Below are positions 38,788 through 51,468 of a stretch of DNA of 64,000 nt, one piece after another. This DNA comes from an uncultured delta proteobacterium (lineage in GTDB: Bacteria; Myxococcota; Myxococcia; Myxococcales; Myxococcaceae). Where the stretch lies: assembly GCA_963771175.1 (NCBI GenBank), contig CAVYSY010000002.1, forward strand, positions 32,001-96,000. The letters run 5' to 3'. A program made the translations under genes and the position numbers. Position 1 is the stretch's first letter, and the number at the start of each line of letters is the position of its first letter. The notes beneath the pieces were generated by a model. That model did no database searches. It worked only from the letters and a program-made list of their open reading frames with translations, and had not been told where the DNA came from.

Positions 38788-40102
38788 CACGCACGCTCCA
38801 GGACCACCGCGGCACCGAGGCCACCGGCGGCGCAGACGGTGCACAGCACCGTGTTCTTGTTCTGACGCTTCAGCTCGTGCAGCGCCTGGGTGACGATGCG
38901 CGCCCCGGTGGCCCCGAAGGGGTGACCGAGGGAGATGGAGCCACCCGTACACGTTGAGGCGCGTCGCGATCCACCTCGCCCACCGGAGCGCTCCAGCCCG
39001 CCTTCTGGGCGAACTGCTTGGAGGCGAACGCCTGGAGGTTGCTGGCCACCTGGGCGGCGAACGCCTCGTGCATCTCCACGAGGTCGATGTCCGCAGAGCT
39101 TCATCCCCGCGCGCTGCGAGCGCGATGGGCGCCGCGTAGGCCGGGCCCTGGAGGAGCTGCTCGGCCGGATCGGTGGCGGCGTAGGCGTGGGAGCGCAGGT
39201 AGCCGAGCGGCTCGCAGCCCGAGCGCCTTCGCCCTCTCCTCGCTCATCAGCAGCAGCGCGGCGGCACCGTCGGTGAGCGGCGAGGCGTTGCCGGCGGTGA
39301 TGGTGCCGTACTTGCGATCGAAGACCGGGCTTGAGCTGGCGAGAGCGCCTCCAGCGTGGTGTCCTCGCGGACGATGTTGTCCTTCTGCGACACCTGCTCG
39401 TACTTGGGCGGCACCACGACGTGCATCACCTGCGCGTCGAAGAAGCCGTCCTTCCAGGCTCGCGCCGCGTTCTGGTGCGAGGCGAGCGCGATGCGCGTCC
39501 TGCTCCTCGCGGGAGATGCCGTTCTCCTTGGCCATCTTCTCCGCGCTCTCGCCCATGGTCATGGCCGGTGGAGTACTCGGCGATGGCCGGGGGCACGGGG
39601 AGCAGATCCCGCGCCTTGAGCGACTGGAAGGGCTTGAGCTTCTCCGGGAACGTCTGCGGCCCTTGGAGGCGGCCACCAGCGCGTGGGCCAGCGGGCGGCT
39701 GGTGAAGATGGGGGCGTCGGACATGGACTCGGTGCCGCCGGCGATGACCACGTCCGCCTCGCCCAGCGCGATGGCATTGGCCGCGTCGGTCATCGCCTGG
39801 ATGGAGGTGGCGCAGGCACGCGACACGGTGAAGGCCTCGATCTTCCGCGGCAGCCCCGCCGCCAGCACCACCTCGCGCGCGATGGACGGCGCGGTGAGCG
39901 TGGGGATGACCTGGCCGAAGACCACCTGGTCGATCTCCTGCGGATCGATCTCCGCGCGCTGCACCAGCTCCTGGACCACCATGCGGCCCAGGTCGAGCGC
40001 GGTGAGTTTCGCGAAGTCGGTCCCCGCCTTCACGAACGGCGTCCGCAACCCATGCACGATGGCCACCCGACGGTGGCCGTTTCGCTGCTTCTCGCGTGCC
40101 AT
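38787..40102 (-). CDS. fadI: Acetyl-CoA C-acyltransferase (thiolase; indels)
   Basis: [50 protein letters not shown]. Confidence 0.94.
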
Positions 40103-40225
40103 GTGTGCCTCACCTTCCTGCTAGATGAGGCGCATCTAATGACCCGTAGCGCATCGCGTCAACGGGGGATTGACTCCGGAATCAACGGAGCGAACGGTTC
40201 GCGCCGCCCTGCCTGGGAGGCGAGG

Positions 40226-40795
40226 TCAGGGAGCCGCGCCCGGCTGTTGAGCAGCCGACTTTTCGAGGAGGAACTCCTCCAGCGGGCGGAGCTCCGGGGC
40301 GACCCACAGCGAGGACGCGTCGAGCTGCTCGAGCCGCTGAACCAGTACCTCGGGGAAGGGCTGCTCCCCCGCCTGGGCGAACAGCTCGGCGAGCACCCGG
40401 TTGGGCTCGTAGCGACCTCGGATGAGCTGTTCGAAGGAGGGGTTCACCGGCACCACCGAGCGCAGCAAGTGCTCGTCCCGGAAGAGGAGCACCGCGATCT
40501 CGGGCATGATCGACAAGACCCGCCATTCGTTTGGGGAGGCGAACTGCTCCAAGAGCAGTTGCACCCAGCCCTCCTGCTCCGCCACCAGGTCGGGCGAGAG
40601 CGTATGCGCATCGCGCACCACGACCACGGGTCCTCTCCGCCGGAAGAGAATGTCCCGTGCCAACCTCGAGGCTCCGCCATTGCTCTGAGCCGCCTGAATC
40701 TGGATCCCCCGACCGCTCAAGCGGGGATGACCATTCACCAAGCGTCTCATGAGCTTTCCAGCCACGAGTCCCGAAGTCACGATGAACGCACTCAT
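40226..40795 (-). CDS. Hypothetical protein, degenerate TOPRIM-like fold
   Basis: Intact 189-aa ORF; AFIVTSG, PVVVVRDAH, MPEIAVLLF; start overlaps the upstream stop (TGATG). Confidence 0.6.
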   Translation of the reverse strand: MSAFIVTSGLVAGKLMRRLVNGHPRLSGRGIQIQAAQSNGGASRLARDILFRRRGPVVVVRDAHTLSPDLVAEQEGWVQLLLEQFASPNEWRVLSIMPEIAVLLFRDEHLLRSVVPVNPSFEQLIRGRYEPNRVLAELFAQAGEQPFPEVLVQRLEQLDASSLWVAPELRPLEEFLLEKSAAQQPGAAP

Positions 40796-41355
40796 CAGAG
40801 GTCACTCCCCTTCACCAATTTCAGATCGACGAATCCCGTCTCCACCGCGTGCCGTAGCTTCATCCTCATGCCTTCGAGGAGCCGCTGTCCTCGGAGGGCC
40901 AGATCGATCTCCGCCCCCTCCCACAGCAGCACATCTGGCGGAGGCAGCATCTCCACCAGCGTGAACGCGGCCTCCGAGACCTCACCCGTGCAGAACAGCG
41001 CTCCAAGGGTGGTACGCGGTCGACGAAGGATCTGCGACTTCAGCTTGACGATGGCAATGGTCTCTACCGGTCTGGTTACGTCTTTGCACTCTACCAGACA
41101 GGACACCCCATCGAAATAGACCACTCCATCGATCTGCTCCAGGAGCACACCCTTCCGGTAGACCCGGTACGGCCAGGTCACCTCGGCGCCTTCCAACTGG
41201 AAGGCCCTCAGGATGAGGTACTCCAGCAGCACACCGGGGGGCCACTCGACGGGCATGACGCCCACCCGAAGGCCACTCCACAGCGCCACCAGCTCTTCAT
41301 GTCCGAGCGCGAGTACCCTGCGCTGGTACTCGCCGCTCCTGCCCTCGTCCGTCAC
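40795..41355 (-). CDS. Restriction endonuclease-fold (Mrr-like PD-(D/E)XK) protein; start could be 41376
   Basis: LLEYLILRAF...EQIDGVVY...LVECKD catalytic pattern. Confidence 0.8.
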   Translation of the reverse strand: MTDEGRSGEYQRRVLALGHEELVALWSGLRVGVMPVEWPPGVLLEYLILRAFQLEGAEVTWPYRVYRKGVLLEQIDGVVYFDGVSCLVECKDVTRPVETIAIVKLKSQILRRPRTTLGALFCTGEVSEAAFTLVEMLPPPDVLLWEGAEIDLALRGQRLLEGMRMKLRHAVETGFVDLKLVKGSDL

Positions 41356-41438
41356 GGCCCCCGTCCCCTTCCCCAACCCTCCACACCACCCTACCGGGAG
41401 CCTCTGACATCCCCGGCTGACTCACGGGGTTGATGTCA

Positions 41439-42483
41439 TCAGGCGCCCTGGCGGAGCGCGAAGCCGTGCTTGTGGACGGCATCCACCATGAACTTCGCGG
41501 CGTCCGGATCCGTGGGCGGGAGGATGCCGTGGCCCAGGTTGAAGATGTGCCCCACCGGGCCGGCGCGGCGGAGGATGTCCACCACGCGCTGCTCCAGCTC
41601 CTCGTGCGGCAGGAAGAGGTGCGAGCGGATCCAGGTTGCCCTGCACCGCCACGTCGGGGCCGAGGATGCGCCGGGCCTCGTCGATCTGCGATGCGCCAGT
41701 CCAGGCCGATGACGTCCGCCCCCGTGCGCTTGAGCAGCGGCAGGTGGGTGGACATGCCGGTGCCGAAGACGATGACGGGCACGCCCTTGGCCTGCACCGC
41801 CTTCACCATCCGCGTGAGGTACGGAATGCTGAAGCGCTCGAAGTCCGCAGGGCGACAGCTCACCGCCCCACGAGTCGAAGATCTGCACGATGCTCGCGCC
41901 GGCCTCCACCTGCATCTCGCAGGTAGGGGATGAGCGTGTTCGGTGAGCTTCTCGAAGAGGGTGTGGGCCAGCTTCGGCTGCTCGAAGAGGAGCCGCTTGA
42001 TGAGGATGTAGCTCTTGGAGCCGCCGCCCTCGACCATGTACGCGGCGAGGGTGAAGGGCGCGCCGGAGAAGCCGATGACGGGCACCGAGTCGTTGAGCGC
42101 CGCGCCGGGTGCGGCGGATGGCCTCGGCGACGAAGCCGGTGCCCTCGACGGGGTCGGGCACGCCCAGAGCGCTCGATGTCGGCGGCGGTGCGGACGGGAT
42201 TGGGGAAGTGCGGCCCCTTGTCACCGAGCTCCAGCTCGATGCCCATCGCCTCCACGGGGATGAGGATGTCCGAGAAGATGATGGCGGCATCCACGCCCAG
42301 CCGGGTGACGGGCTGGACCGTCACCTCGGCGGCGAGGTCCGGGTTCTTGCACAGGTCGAGGAAGCCGATGGTGTCGCGAATGGCTCGGTACTCGGGGAGG
42401 TAGCGGCCGGCCTGACGCATGAGCCACACGGGCGTGGTGTCGGTGGGCTGGCGGCGGGCGGCGCGGAGGAGGCGGTCGTTCAA
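41439..42483 (-). CDS. hemE: Uroporphyrinogen decarboxylase (indels)
   Basis: [52 protein letters not shown]. Confidence 0.96.
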
Positions 42484-42677
42484 GGGATGGGCTCCGTGAG
42501 TGCCCCCTCTCGGAGAGGGCTGCGGTGGGGGTTGTGTCCGGTGGAGTCGTCCGGGTCAACGTTCTTTCCTCCGCCCCTCTGTGCTCGCCCGGGGCGGCCC
42601 GCGCACCGGACTCCGGGCAACCGAGCGGCACGCACTGGGAAGCGTGGCGAAATGCCCGCGTCCCCGCAAACGTATGC

Positions 42678-42715
42678 TTGACAGTGATGGATGTGGCCGA
42701 TACAAGGCCGCCCCG
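42678..42715 (+). promoter_or_regulatory. Sigma70 promoter of the tRNA pair with GC-rich discriminator
   Basis: TTGACA (42678), 17-bp spacer, TACAAG (42701), then GCCGCCCCG. Confidence 0.7.
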
Positions 42716-42739
42716 TCGCAACGCGGTGACGCAAGCGAG

Positions 42740-42811
42740 GGGCGGATAGCTCAGCGGTAGAGCGTCGCCCTTACAAGGCGAGGGTCACAGGTTCAATCCC
42801 TGTTCCGCCCA
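42740..42811 (+). tRNA. tRNA-Val (TAC); CCA not encoded
   Basis: Acceptor GGGCGGA/TCCGCCC, anticodon stem TCGCC/GGCGA with loop CTTACAA, T-loop GTTCAAT. Confidence 0.96.
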
Positions 42812-42846
42812 AGCAGCAGTCGTGGTAGAGGCAAGAGCAGTGTCGT

Positions 42847-42923
<77 letters not shown>

Positions 42924-42927
42924 ATAG

Positions 42928-42967
42928 AAGGGCCCGGAATCGCAAGGTTCCGGGCCCTTCGTCTTTC
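42928..42967 (+). terminator. Intrinsic terminator after tRNA-Asp
   Basis: GAAGGGCCCGGAA...TTCCGGGCCCTTC stem followed by GTCTTT. Confidence 0.75.
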
Positions 42968-42979
42968 CTCACCCACCTG

Positions 42980-43045
42980 TCTTACGTCCACCACGAATCT
43001 CCTGCGCAGCAGCTCTGCCCAGTCCACTCGCGGCGTCCCCTCCCT
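42980..43045 (-). mobile_element. Remnant of an IS91-family transposase C-terminal region
   Basis: Minus strand reads EGTPRVDWAELLRRRFVVDV, matching the TPRxDWAxLLRRxFxxDV motif I recognise from myxobacterial IS91-like transposases. Confidence 0.6.
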
Positions 43046-43203
43046 CATCGCCGGGTCGGCCGAGTCAGGCCTCCACCGGAGGAGGCACGCGACGCGCGGT
43101 GAGCGCGGCCCCCGCGGACGAAGCATGAGAAGGATGGGAGGCCGATTGACGGCGAGGGCTGGAGCGGAGGGGCCGAGGAGAGCCGCTGACGGGGCCGCCC
43201 CGC

Positions 43204-44469
<1,266 letters not shown>

Positions 44470-44625
44470 GGATGGCACGAGACGCTCTATTGGAGCCAGC
44501 TGGATTGCTCGTTCCGTGCACCTCCGTAGCACAGGCGTCAAGTACGTAAAATCCGCGCTGCCTGGCCCTATTTCCGGGCACCACGTGGACCTCGAAGCAT
44601 AAGGCGGTGCTATCACTCCATCGCC

Positions 44626-47600
44626 ATGTCCCAGTCTCCCGCCCCCCTGTTCGCCACGGTCCCCAACGAGCTCGACTTCCCGGGCGACGAGCGCCGCATC
44701 CTCGCCTTCTGGAAGGAGCGCCGCATCTTCGAGAAGACGCTCGCAGGGCCGCGACGAGCGCTCCCACCTTCGTCTTCTACGAGGGCCCGCCCACCGCCAA
44801 CGGCATGCCGCACAACGGCCACGTGCTCACGCGCGTCATCAAGGACGTCTTCCCCCGCTACAAGACGATGCGCGGCTACGACGTCCCCCGCAAGGCGGGC
44901 TGGGACACGCACGGCCTGCCCGTCGAGGTCGAGGTCGAGAAGGAGCTGCGCATCCACGGCAAGGCCGAGATCGAGCGCTACGGCGTCGAGCCCTTCACCG
45001 AGCGCTGCATCGAGTCCGTCTTCCGCTACACCGAGGAGTGGGAGACGCTCACCGAGCGCGATCGGCTTCTGGGTCGACCTCGCCGACGCCTACGTCACCT
45101 ACCACCGCAGCTACGTCGAGAGCGTCTGGTGGGCGCTCTCCGAGCTGTTCAAGCAAGGGCCTGCTCTACCGCGGCCACAAGGTCGTCTGGTGGTGGCCGC
45201 AGGGCGGCACCGCGCTCGCGCGGCCGAGGTCGGCCTGGGCTACAAGACCGTCGACGACCCCAGCGTCTTCGTCGCCTTCCCGCTGCGCGACGCGCCCGAC
45301 ACCGCGCTCCTCGTCTGGACGACGACGCCGTGGACGCTGCCCGTCGAACATGTACGCCGCGGTGCAAGCCCGACGTTCGACTACGTCACCGTGGACGCCG
45401 GCGAGCGCAAGCTCATCGTCGCCGCGGCGCTGCGCGAGGCGCTCGCGCAAGAAGCTCAAGCAGGAGCTGCCCGTCGCTGGCCACGCCGCAAGGGCAGCGA
45501 GCTCGTCGGCCGGCGCTACACGCCGCCCTTCGACGTGTATGCCCGGCGCGTGGGCGACACGGAGCTGCCGCTCGCGAACGGCGGCACGGACGCGCCCGCC
45601 TGGCGCGTGATCGCCGCGGACTTCGTCACGCTCGACAGCGGCACCGGCATCGTCCACATCGCGCCCGCCTTCGGCGAGGACGACTTCGAGGCCTTCCGCC
45701 GCGAGCGCACGCGCTTCGCCAGCCCGAGGCCGCTCGACGCTGTTCTGCGCGGTGCAGCCCGACGGCACCTTCGTCCGAGCGACGTGCCCCAGCTCGCCGG
45801 CCGCTTCGTGAAGGACGCCGACAAGGACCTCCAGCGCGAGCTCAAGGAGCGCGGGCTGCTCGTGCACGCCGAGCAGTACCGCCACGAGTACCCGTTCTGC
45901 TGGCGCGCCGACGACGACCCGCTGATCCAGTTCGCGCGGCCCGCCTGGTACATCCGCACGACCGTCCGTCAAGGACAAGGCGCATCGCGAACAACCGCGC
46001 GGTCCACTGGCTGCCCGAGCACATCAAGGAGGGCCGCTTCGGCGACTTCCTCGCGCAACAACGTCGACTGGGCGCTCTCGCGCGAGCGCTACTGGGGCAC
46101 GCCGCTCAACGTCTGGGTGAACGACGAGACGGGCGAGATGGAGGCCGTCGCCTCGCTCCGGCGCTGCGCGAGATCCGCGGCGCAACCCGCCGCGCGTTCG
46201 AGCCGAGCTTCGAGCCGCCGCGCCAGCAAGCCGACCCGACGCCTGCACCGAGCACCTCATCGTCCACAAGCCGTGGATCGACGAGGTCACCTTCGACGAA
46301 GCCCGGCGAGCCCGGCGCGCTATCGCGCGCGTGCCCGAGGTGATCGACTGCTGGTTCGACTCGGGCTGCATGCCGTTCGCGCAGTGGGGCTTCCCGCACG
46401 CGCCGGGCTCGCGAGGAGCTTCGACCAGCGCCTTCCCGGCCGACTTCATCACCGAGGCGATCGATCAGACGCGCGGCTGGTTCTACTCGCTGCTCATGAT
46501 CTCGACGCTCGTCTTCGACGAGGAGACGCAGAAGCGCATCGGCCTCGTCGCCGCACGCGCGGCTGGCCGCACCCGTACAAGACGCTGCATCGTGCTCGGC
46601 CACGTCTGCGACAGCGAGGGCAAGAAGGAGTCGCAAGTCGAAGGGCAACTACACGCCGCCCGAGGTCATCCTCGACGAGGTGCGGATGGAGTTCGCCGTG
46701 CTCGACGACACGCGAAGGCGCGGCGCGCCCGGCGAGGCCGGCGTCGCGCTCATCGCGCGCGAGGACTACGAGGGCCTCGACCTCGCAGGAGGGCGCGAAG
46801 GTGCGCGTCTTCCGCGCCGGACCGCGCCGGACGAGGCCGTCACCGCTCGACGCGTGAAGGCGCACAAGAAGCTCCCGCGCCGCGTGGTCGCTGCTCGCGC
46901 GACGACGGAGCTGCAGGCGCTCGGGCGTGGCGCCGTCGGCGCGCGGCGCGGACGTGATGCCGGTCGAGGTGCCCCGGCTGGCTCCCGACCGAGCGCGTCG
47001 TGCGTCGAGGACCCGACCACGCCGCGCGCCCGGCGCCGACGCGTTCCGCTGGTTCTTCTACGCGTCGAGCCCCGCCGTGGACCAACACGCGCCACTCGCT
47101 GCGCGAACGTGCGCGCGCCTGCAGAAGGAGCTTCCGGTCAAGCTGCGCAACGTCTACTCGTTCTTCACCATCTACGCGAACATCGACGGCTTCTACGCCG
47201 GCCGCGGGCAACCCGGACGCCACGCGACGTGCCCTGGCGGCCATCCGCCGGAGCACGGGCTGGCGCGAGCCGAAGCAGCGCACGCTGCTCGACCGCTGGA
47301 TCCTCTCCGAGCTCGCGCTCGCGACGCGCGACGTGACCCGGGCGCTCGACGCCTACCAGCTCTACGACGCGGCCCAGCGGCTGGTCGCGCTCGTCGACGC
47401 GCTCTCCAACTGGTACGTGCGCCGCAGCCGCGCGCGCTTCTGGGCGCCCGGGGCCTGCGAGCAGGACAAGCGCGACGCGTACTTCACGCTCTACGAGGCG
47501 CTCGTCACGCTCGCCAAGCTGATCGGCGCCCTTCACGCCCTTCTTCGCCGAGGAGATGTGGCAGAACCTCGTGCGCCGGCCCGTGGCCCGCGACGCAGCC

Positions 47601-48421
47601 GGAGAGCGTGCACCTCGGCCGCTTCCCGGAGCCGGACGCGAGCCGCGATCGACGAGGGCGCTCGCGCGCGAGATGCGCGCCGTGCGCGAGCTCGTGTCGC
47701 CTCGGCCTCCAGGTGCGCACGGCCAACAAGCTCAAGGTGCGCCAGCCGCTCTCGCGCGCGGACGTCGTCCTCTCGCGGCGCGAGCTGCACGGAGCGCGTG
47801 GCGCGTCTACCTGGAGCTCATCGCGGACGAGCTGAACGTCCACGAGGTGCGCTTCCTGGCGGCCGGGCAGCGAGGAGGCGGACGTGGTGCGCTACCGGTG
47901 CGGCCCAACCTGCGCGCGATGGGCAGCCGCCTGGGCCCCAAGCTGGCCCCGGTGCGCAAGGCCTTCGACGCCGCCGACGGCCGGCTGCTCCAGCGAGAGC
48001 TGTCGCGCGACGGGCAAGGTGGCGCTCAACATCGACGGCGAGCCCATGGTGTTCCCCGCCGAGGAGCTGGAGGTGCTGGTGGAGGCCACGCCCGGCTACG
48101 CCGCCGCGGGCGCGGGCGTGGGCGTGGTGGTGCTCCACACCGAGCTGACGGAAGCGCTCGTGGACGAGGGCCTGGTGCGCGAGCTGCTCGCCCGGGTGCA
48201 GGGGGCTCGCAAGGACATGGCACTCGGCTACACGGACCGCATCCGCCTGTGGGTGGACGGGGACGCGCGGGTGCTGCAAGGTGACGCAGGAGGCTCGCGA
48301 GTCCATCTCCCGCGAGACGCTCGCCTCGGAGCTGCACGTAGGCCCCGAGGGCCTCACCGGCCAGGAGGAGGAGCTCAACCTCAACGGCCTGCCCGCCCGC
48401 ATCCGCGTGGAGCGCGCCTGA
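44626..48421 (+). CDS. ileS: Isoleucine--tRNA ligase, type 2 (very many indels)
   Basis: [98 protein letters not shown]; no C-terminal zinc finger of the type-1 enzyme. Confidence 0.95.
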
Positions 48422-48727
48422 CTGGGGGTGCTCGCTAGCGCCGCTCCCGGGGGCGACAAGGCCGCTCGTACACTGGAGGCCTATCTCCCCCTGGCTTCCC
48501 AGGTGGCCAACAAATCACCCGGGAGAGGCCGCGGACCGGCAGGCTACGTGACTACGTGGAGCGCGTACTGGCCGCGCAGTCGGTTGCAGCCCACGAAGAA
48601 CGACCCTGAGGAGCGTCAGGCTTCATTCCACGCATCTGATCCCGGGGAACGCCTCTGGGGGTGAGCCCTTGCGCGCACGTCCGCTCATTCCCTTTCAACA
48701 CACGCTGTTCCATCCGAGGAGGCAACG

Positions 48728-48857
48728 ATGACCCCCACACAACCCCAATCGAGGAAGGCAGGGCCGAGCTCGACGCGGTGTTCCTGCCGCCCGTGGCGCA
48801 GGGAGACGTGTACCAGGCTGCGCTCGAACACCCCGAGGCCATCGGCATCATCGATGC
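48728..48857 (+). pseudogene. TfuA-like protein N-terminal fragment
   Basis: GAGGAGG RBS and ATG, then (shifted frame) EEGRAELDAVFLPPVAQGDVYQAALEHPEAIGIID, cut off at the stop of the convergent gene. Confidence 0.72.
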
Positions 48858-49895
48858 TCAGGGCGCGGGTTCCAACTGCTCCCGCTTGCGTTGGGCCTCC
48901 TCAATCTTCTTCACGTTCTCCTGGAGCTGATTGAGGAGCTGCGCGGGGGATTTGGACTGGGGGTCCTTGCCCGCACCGGATGACGCGGGGGTCTCCGGCT
49001 CGGACTCGGAGGGACTCGGCTCCCCTCCCCCGCTGTGGCTGCTCGCGGGAAGGATGCCGACCTCGGCCTCCACCGGTACCGCCCGGGAGCGGTAGCGGTC
49101 CGGAATCTCCTGGGTCGAACCCACGAAGTGGCTCGTCCCCTTGTCATCCTCGTACCGGTGCATGACGGAGGTGGTGGAGACGTGCTCCGCCCTGGTCGCG
49201 CCCGGGAAGCCCTCTCCATCAAAGCCCAGACGGAACGAGCGTCCGTCCGCGCTCTCCAGCTCAATCTCCGTCCCGCTGAAGGTGTAGCGCGGTGGCTCGC
49301 CCGAGAGGCCCGCCTGCCCCTTCACCCAGGCGAAGTGGACGGAGGGCGCCTGCGCCCAGGCTGGAGCGCTGACGAAGGCCCCGGCCGTCGTGCCCGTCAC
49401 GCGCAAGCCATGCTCGTACAGCGTGGCCACCTCCACGTCCTTCCAGTTCCCCTGGAGGGAAGCCGGGAGCGGCTCGAGCACGAGCACCCGCTTCCCATCC
49501 GGAGAGACGAACTTGAGCTGCTCCCGCGTCGCGATGCAGGTGTCCCACTGCCACACCACACTCGGCCCATCGAACAGCGACGATACCGTCGAGACGATGG
49601 TGCACCGGAGCGCCTTCCCATCCCGGCTCGCGGTCTGCCGGACCTCCGCGCGCCCGTTCTCGGAGCGCGCCGACCACGTCTGGTCGGGAAGCTCTTCCGC
49701 CGGAGCCGCCAGGGGCACGCCAGGCGCTTCCGGACTGGTCGGCTTCGCGTCGGGAGCCTCCGGACGAGTGGTGGACTTCGCTCCAGCAGTGGCCTGCTGC
49801 GCGTTGGCGGGAAGCTCGAGCACAATCGTCGGCTCGGATGAGGACTGCCGACAGCCGCCCAAGAGCAACACCACCGCCAGAGTCCTCCGTCGCAT
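48858..49895 (-). CDS. Lipoprotein with a C-terminal DUF4124-like motif
   Basis: Intact; LLLGGC lipobox; HRYEDDKGTSHFVGSTQEIPDRYR. Confidence 0.72.
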   Translation of the reverse strand: MRRRTLAVVLLLGGCRQSSSEPTIVLELPANAQQATAGAKSTTRPEAPDAKPTSPEAPGVPLAAPAEELPDQTWSARSENGRAEVRQTASRDGKALRCTIVSTVSSLFDGPSVVWQWDTCIATREQLKFVSPDGKRVLVLEPLPASLQGNWKDVEVATLYEHGLRVTGTTAGAFVSAPAWAQAPSVHFAWVKGQAGLSGEPPRYTFSGTEIELESADGRSFRLGFDGEGFPGATRAEHVSTTSVMHRYEDDKGTSHFVGSTQEIPDRYRSRAVPVEAEVGILPASSHSGGGEPSPSESEPETPASSGAGKDPQSKSPAQLLNQLQENVKKIEEAQRKREQLEPAP

Positions 49896-49994
49896 GCGTT
49901 CCCCCGCGGCTCCGTGCCCGAAGGCTCAAGCGTACACGAGCCTTGACGGATGGGCCCTCGACAATCCACAACGCGCGCGCACCCGAGGGGACCC

Positions 49995-50867
<873 letters not shown>

Positions 50868-50907
50868 GGCAGAGGACTCCGCGCCTCCTCGCGAGGCGCT
50901 GAGCAGT

Positions 50908-50950
50908 CAGGGTCCGGAGCCGCGAGTCGGTTCCGGGCCCTTCGTTTTTT
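50908..50950 (+). terminator. Intrinsic terminator after the beta-barrel gene
   Basis: AGGGTCCGGAGCCG...CGGTTCCGGGCCCT stem followed by TCGTTTTTT. Confidence 0.7.
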
Positions 50951-50961
50951 CCGTCCCCGGC

Positions 50962-51468
50962 TCACGCTCCCAGCGCGCGCATCCCCCCGGCGAGAACCCG
51001 CTGCTCATGCTCGAGCAGCCACCGCTTGGCGGGCACGCCGCCCGCGTACCCGGTGAGTGTCCCGTCCGAGCCCACCACCCGGTGGCACGGGACGACGATG
51101 GAGAGGGGGTTCTTCCCGTTCGCGGCACCGACGGCCCGCGCCGCGCCCGCCCGTCCGACATGGCGCGCGAGGTCTCCATAAGACCAGGTGACCCCCAGCG
51201 GAATCTCCCGGAGCGCCCTCCACACGGCCTGCTGGAACGGCGTCCCGGTCGGTTCGAGCGGAAGCTCGAAGGACACGCGCTCGCCGGCGAAGTACTCCTC
51301 CAACTGGCGCCGCGCGGCGAGCAGCACGGGGTGGTCCACCCGCTCGCTCGCGGTGAGCGTGGGAGCCCCTTTGTGGTTCTCCAGATAGATGGCCGTGAGC
51401 GCACCTTCCGTCGCGAAGAGACGAAGGGGCCCCACCGGGCTCTTCAGGGTCGTGGTGAACAGCATCAT
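50962..51468 (-). CDS. ogt: Methylated-DNA--protein-cysteine S-methyltransferase
   Basis: [31 protein letters not shown]. Confidence 0.96.
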   Translation of the reverse strand: MMLFTTTLKSPVGPLRLFATEGALTAIYLENHKGAPTLTASERVDHPVLLAARRQLEEYFAGERVSFELPLEPTGTPFQQAVWRALREIPLGVTWSYGDLARHVGRAGAARAVGAANGKNPLSIVVPCHRVVGSDGTLTGYAGGVPAKRWLLEHEQRVLAGGMRALGA

